The notes under the pieces were generated by a model. The model was not told the DNA's origin. It made no database searches and worked only from the letters and a program-made list of their open reading frames with translations. Positions 61,628 to 64,000 of a stretch of DNA of 64,000 nucleotides are shown here, one piece after another. The stretch is from Azolla caroliniana. Lineage: Eukaryota > Plantae > Polypodiophyta. The first letter of the stretch is position 1. Each line of letters begins with the position of its first letter. Where the stretch lies: NCBI GenBank assembly GCA_043228905.1, contig JBHGNT010000012.1, positions 2,728,001-2,792,000 of the forward strand. Reading direction: 5' to 3'. Position numbers and translations under genes: made by a program.

Positions 61628-61904
61628 ACCCACATCCCAAAGCATTGTACACCATGAGTAGAACTTGAGAAAAAGTCTTGCGATGGTATAGGACATTTCA
61701 ATATGTTGGGGGATGACGAATGTCTAGGAACGAGTCTTTCATGCCCATGCCAAAATTCCCCTTCTACTGTATAGGACCCACATCTCAAAGCATTGTACAC
61801 CATGAGTAGAACTTGAGAAAAAGTTTTGCGATGGTATAGGAAATTTCAATATGTCGGGGGATGACCAATGTCTAGGAACGAGTCTTTCATGCCCATGCCA
61901 AAAT
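61628..61904. repeat. 148-bp period tandem duplication
   Basis: ACCCACATC...ATGCCCATGCCAAAAT starts at 61628 and 61776. Confidence 0.85.
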
Positions 61905-61984
61905 GCCCAGGCGCGTCCATTGATGCATGGAAATCCTTTCATACTTTGCATATAAATGACAAATCAAAAAAAAATTCTTCCATG

Positions 61985-63348
61985 AGAGGGGGGCGGATTA
62001 TGTGGGACCAGGTGCAGTCGGTTTTGCAGTCCTTTAATCCTCCCAAGTTGGAAGGGGCATTTACGAGGCTTCAAGTGCTAGTGGGGGTAAGGGGACATTT
62101 GTCTTGCAGATGATTTCAAGACTATGATGTGGAGGAAGATGGCATTATATGTAGAGCAATGATACAACCAGAGATATTGCAATATGCCATATTCTCTAAA
62201 AATAAGGGTCCTTGCTTATGACGGAACTAAGTGGATCATCGACCCACAAGTTGATGCAGTCAAGGAGCATTGGAAATGGAGAGTTTTTGAAAAGGCGCCT
62301 TTGATAAGGTTGCAATGGGATCCGGGAGAATTTTGGTGGAAAGATCTGTTTGATCGTGCGGAAAAAAGGTGTGGTTTTTTCCAGTACTCAGTTAAGATTG
62401 GACGTCACATTTTGGTAGCTCAACGCAAGACTACACCACGGGCTAGTCAATTTTGGACCCATCAAGGGGTCACATCTGAATTCCTAACAAAGTTTTGAAG
62501 GACATTATGGAAAAGGAAGCAAGTTTATGAAAATAAATGTCTTCCAATGGCTAGTAATACATAGAGCATTACCAGTCAGCCAGTGGCTGCAACAATCCGC
62601 TAGACCGATCGCATGCAATTATTGTAGTTTCCAGATGGAGACATTGAAACATTGCTTGTGGGAATGTCATGTTGCACGACAAGTTTGGAGACGAGTGTTT
62701 CGAATTCTAGCCTTTATGTTTAGGGATGGCAATTTTTCGTGGGGTATGGTAGTATGGGCTACAGTGGCACAAATGTTGTGGCCATATGAGGCATGTCCAA
62801 ATGATACGATTATTAGAATTCAAAGAGGAAGGATAGCGGTGGTGCAACGAAGTCATATCGAAGCTCCTTATATGTTAAAGGCAATGCAAGAAGTATGGGA
62901 GCTGCTATGCACCACCACAATGTGGTTTATTTGAACTGCTAGGTGTTTTAAGGTGTTTGGTAATACTACTATTTATCCAGTGAAAAGTGTACGGAATGTC
63001 TGGATGCAGATGGTGCATACCTTGAAAGGGTGGTATGAGGAAATTAAAGGTGAGACACATGTTACAGTGTTTCAACGCCTCAAATTTATTGCCTATTGGA
63101 AGAATGCCCCTTTTCTCACATTACAAAATGCAAGACCCAAATGGTGCTTAGCACCACCAGTATGGTTGTTCCCACCGCCAATCACATAACTTGGTTATGG
63201 AGTGCTGGAGTGTTGATACTATTGATCCTTTAGGGATGGGACCTAAGGAAGAATGTAACATATCAATGGTAGCTTGACGGTAGGTCAACTTTCTTGTAAT
63301 AATTGTTTATAACTAATGAAAGGATATTTTCCAGGAAGAAAAAAAAAA
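61985..63348 (+). mobile_element. 5'-truncated LINE 3' fragment (third family)
   Basis: CNYCSFQMETLKHCLWEC zf-RVT motif, ORF end WLFPPPIT, and an A-tail at ~63339-63348. Confidence 0.85.
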
Positions 63349-63365
63349 TCCCCTTCTCAAGTCAA

Positions 63366-63398
63366 CATACATACATATATATATTTATATATACATAC

Positions 63399-63443
<45 letters not shown>

Positions 63444-63445
63444 AT
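63366..63445. repeat. (TA)/(TG)n microsatellite
   Basis: Read directly from the sequence. Confidence 0.9.
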
Positions 63446-64000
63446 AAATAGTTATATACATATAGATGCACATGAATATTCTAAACCTTAAACTCATGGA
63501 GGAACATGTGTTTTCAAGGGCTTAACAATTGAAGAAGATTCAATGCATTCCAAATCATGATTTATAACTACTTCCTAGATGTTGGAAGGACAACTACACA
63601 CATGTCTAGATGCATCAATATGTTAACAACATTTTAACCTAATGTGAATAAATTCTTAATACCAAGGGTTATATTGGTTCTACCCTTTTGTTGTATCTTC
63701 CATTGTGGGACAATGAATACAAAGTAAATTAATCGCGCTAGTCTAACTATAAACACGACCTAATCATTTTGTACTTTGCAATGATTAGTGTCGTAGTTAT
63801 ATTGGATAATTGCCATGTTATTATGCTACTCTGTATATATTGGGGTCAATGCTAATGTAATAAGAGTTCTACAATCAACATTAACGTTGATTACTATAAT
63901 GGATACTAATCACGACTTAAAGGATGTTTGCCATTAAAAATGGGTCAAATTATACTATGACGTTCAATTAATATATTCATTTACTCATTGGGTGTATTGA

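Noticed and set aside
61048-61950. Decayed coding-like sequence (also 1950-2500 and 54060-54665)
   Set aside because: No recognisable motifs or splice structure, so it cannot be assigned without a search.

Overview
Gene-free, deeply nested retrotransposon cluster, most likely from a non-seed land plant (inferred from the Tcn1-like chromoviruses and tRNA-Trp-primed Phygy-like Gypsy elements). No host gene was recognised. A decayed L1-type LINE (~11345-37168) hosts a Trp-primed Gypsy (11605-23980). The 5' LTR of that Gypsy carries a young intact chromovirus (12101-17916, TSD GCTAC). The LINE also hosts an old Copia (28562-35775, TSD CTATG) with a non-autonomous Gypsy derivative inside. Further right are an intact Tnt1/Tork-like Copia (39916-45348, TSD TTTCT), two decayed Copias, a second chromovirus (54671-61042, TSD CCTAG), two hAT-type MITEs, solo LTRs and 3' LINE fragments. 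A heavily decayed KDZ-like transposase lies at ~4.4-7.4 kb. The most striking signal is a cis-architecture shared by the two diverged chromovirus families: an antisense tRNA-like Pol III A/B-box module at the U3 end, a heat-shock-element array, a TATA box, an 11-12 nt Tf1-type self-primer complementary to a non-tRNA PBS, and a conserved -1 frameshift pseudoknot between gag and pol. All calls come from reading the sequence by eye; no database searches were run.
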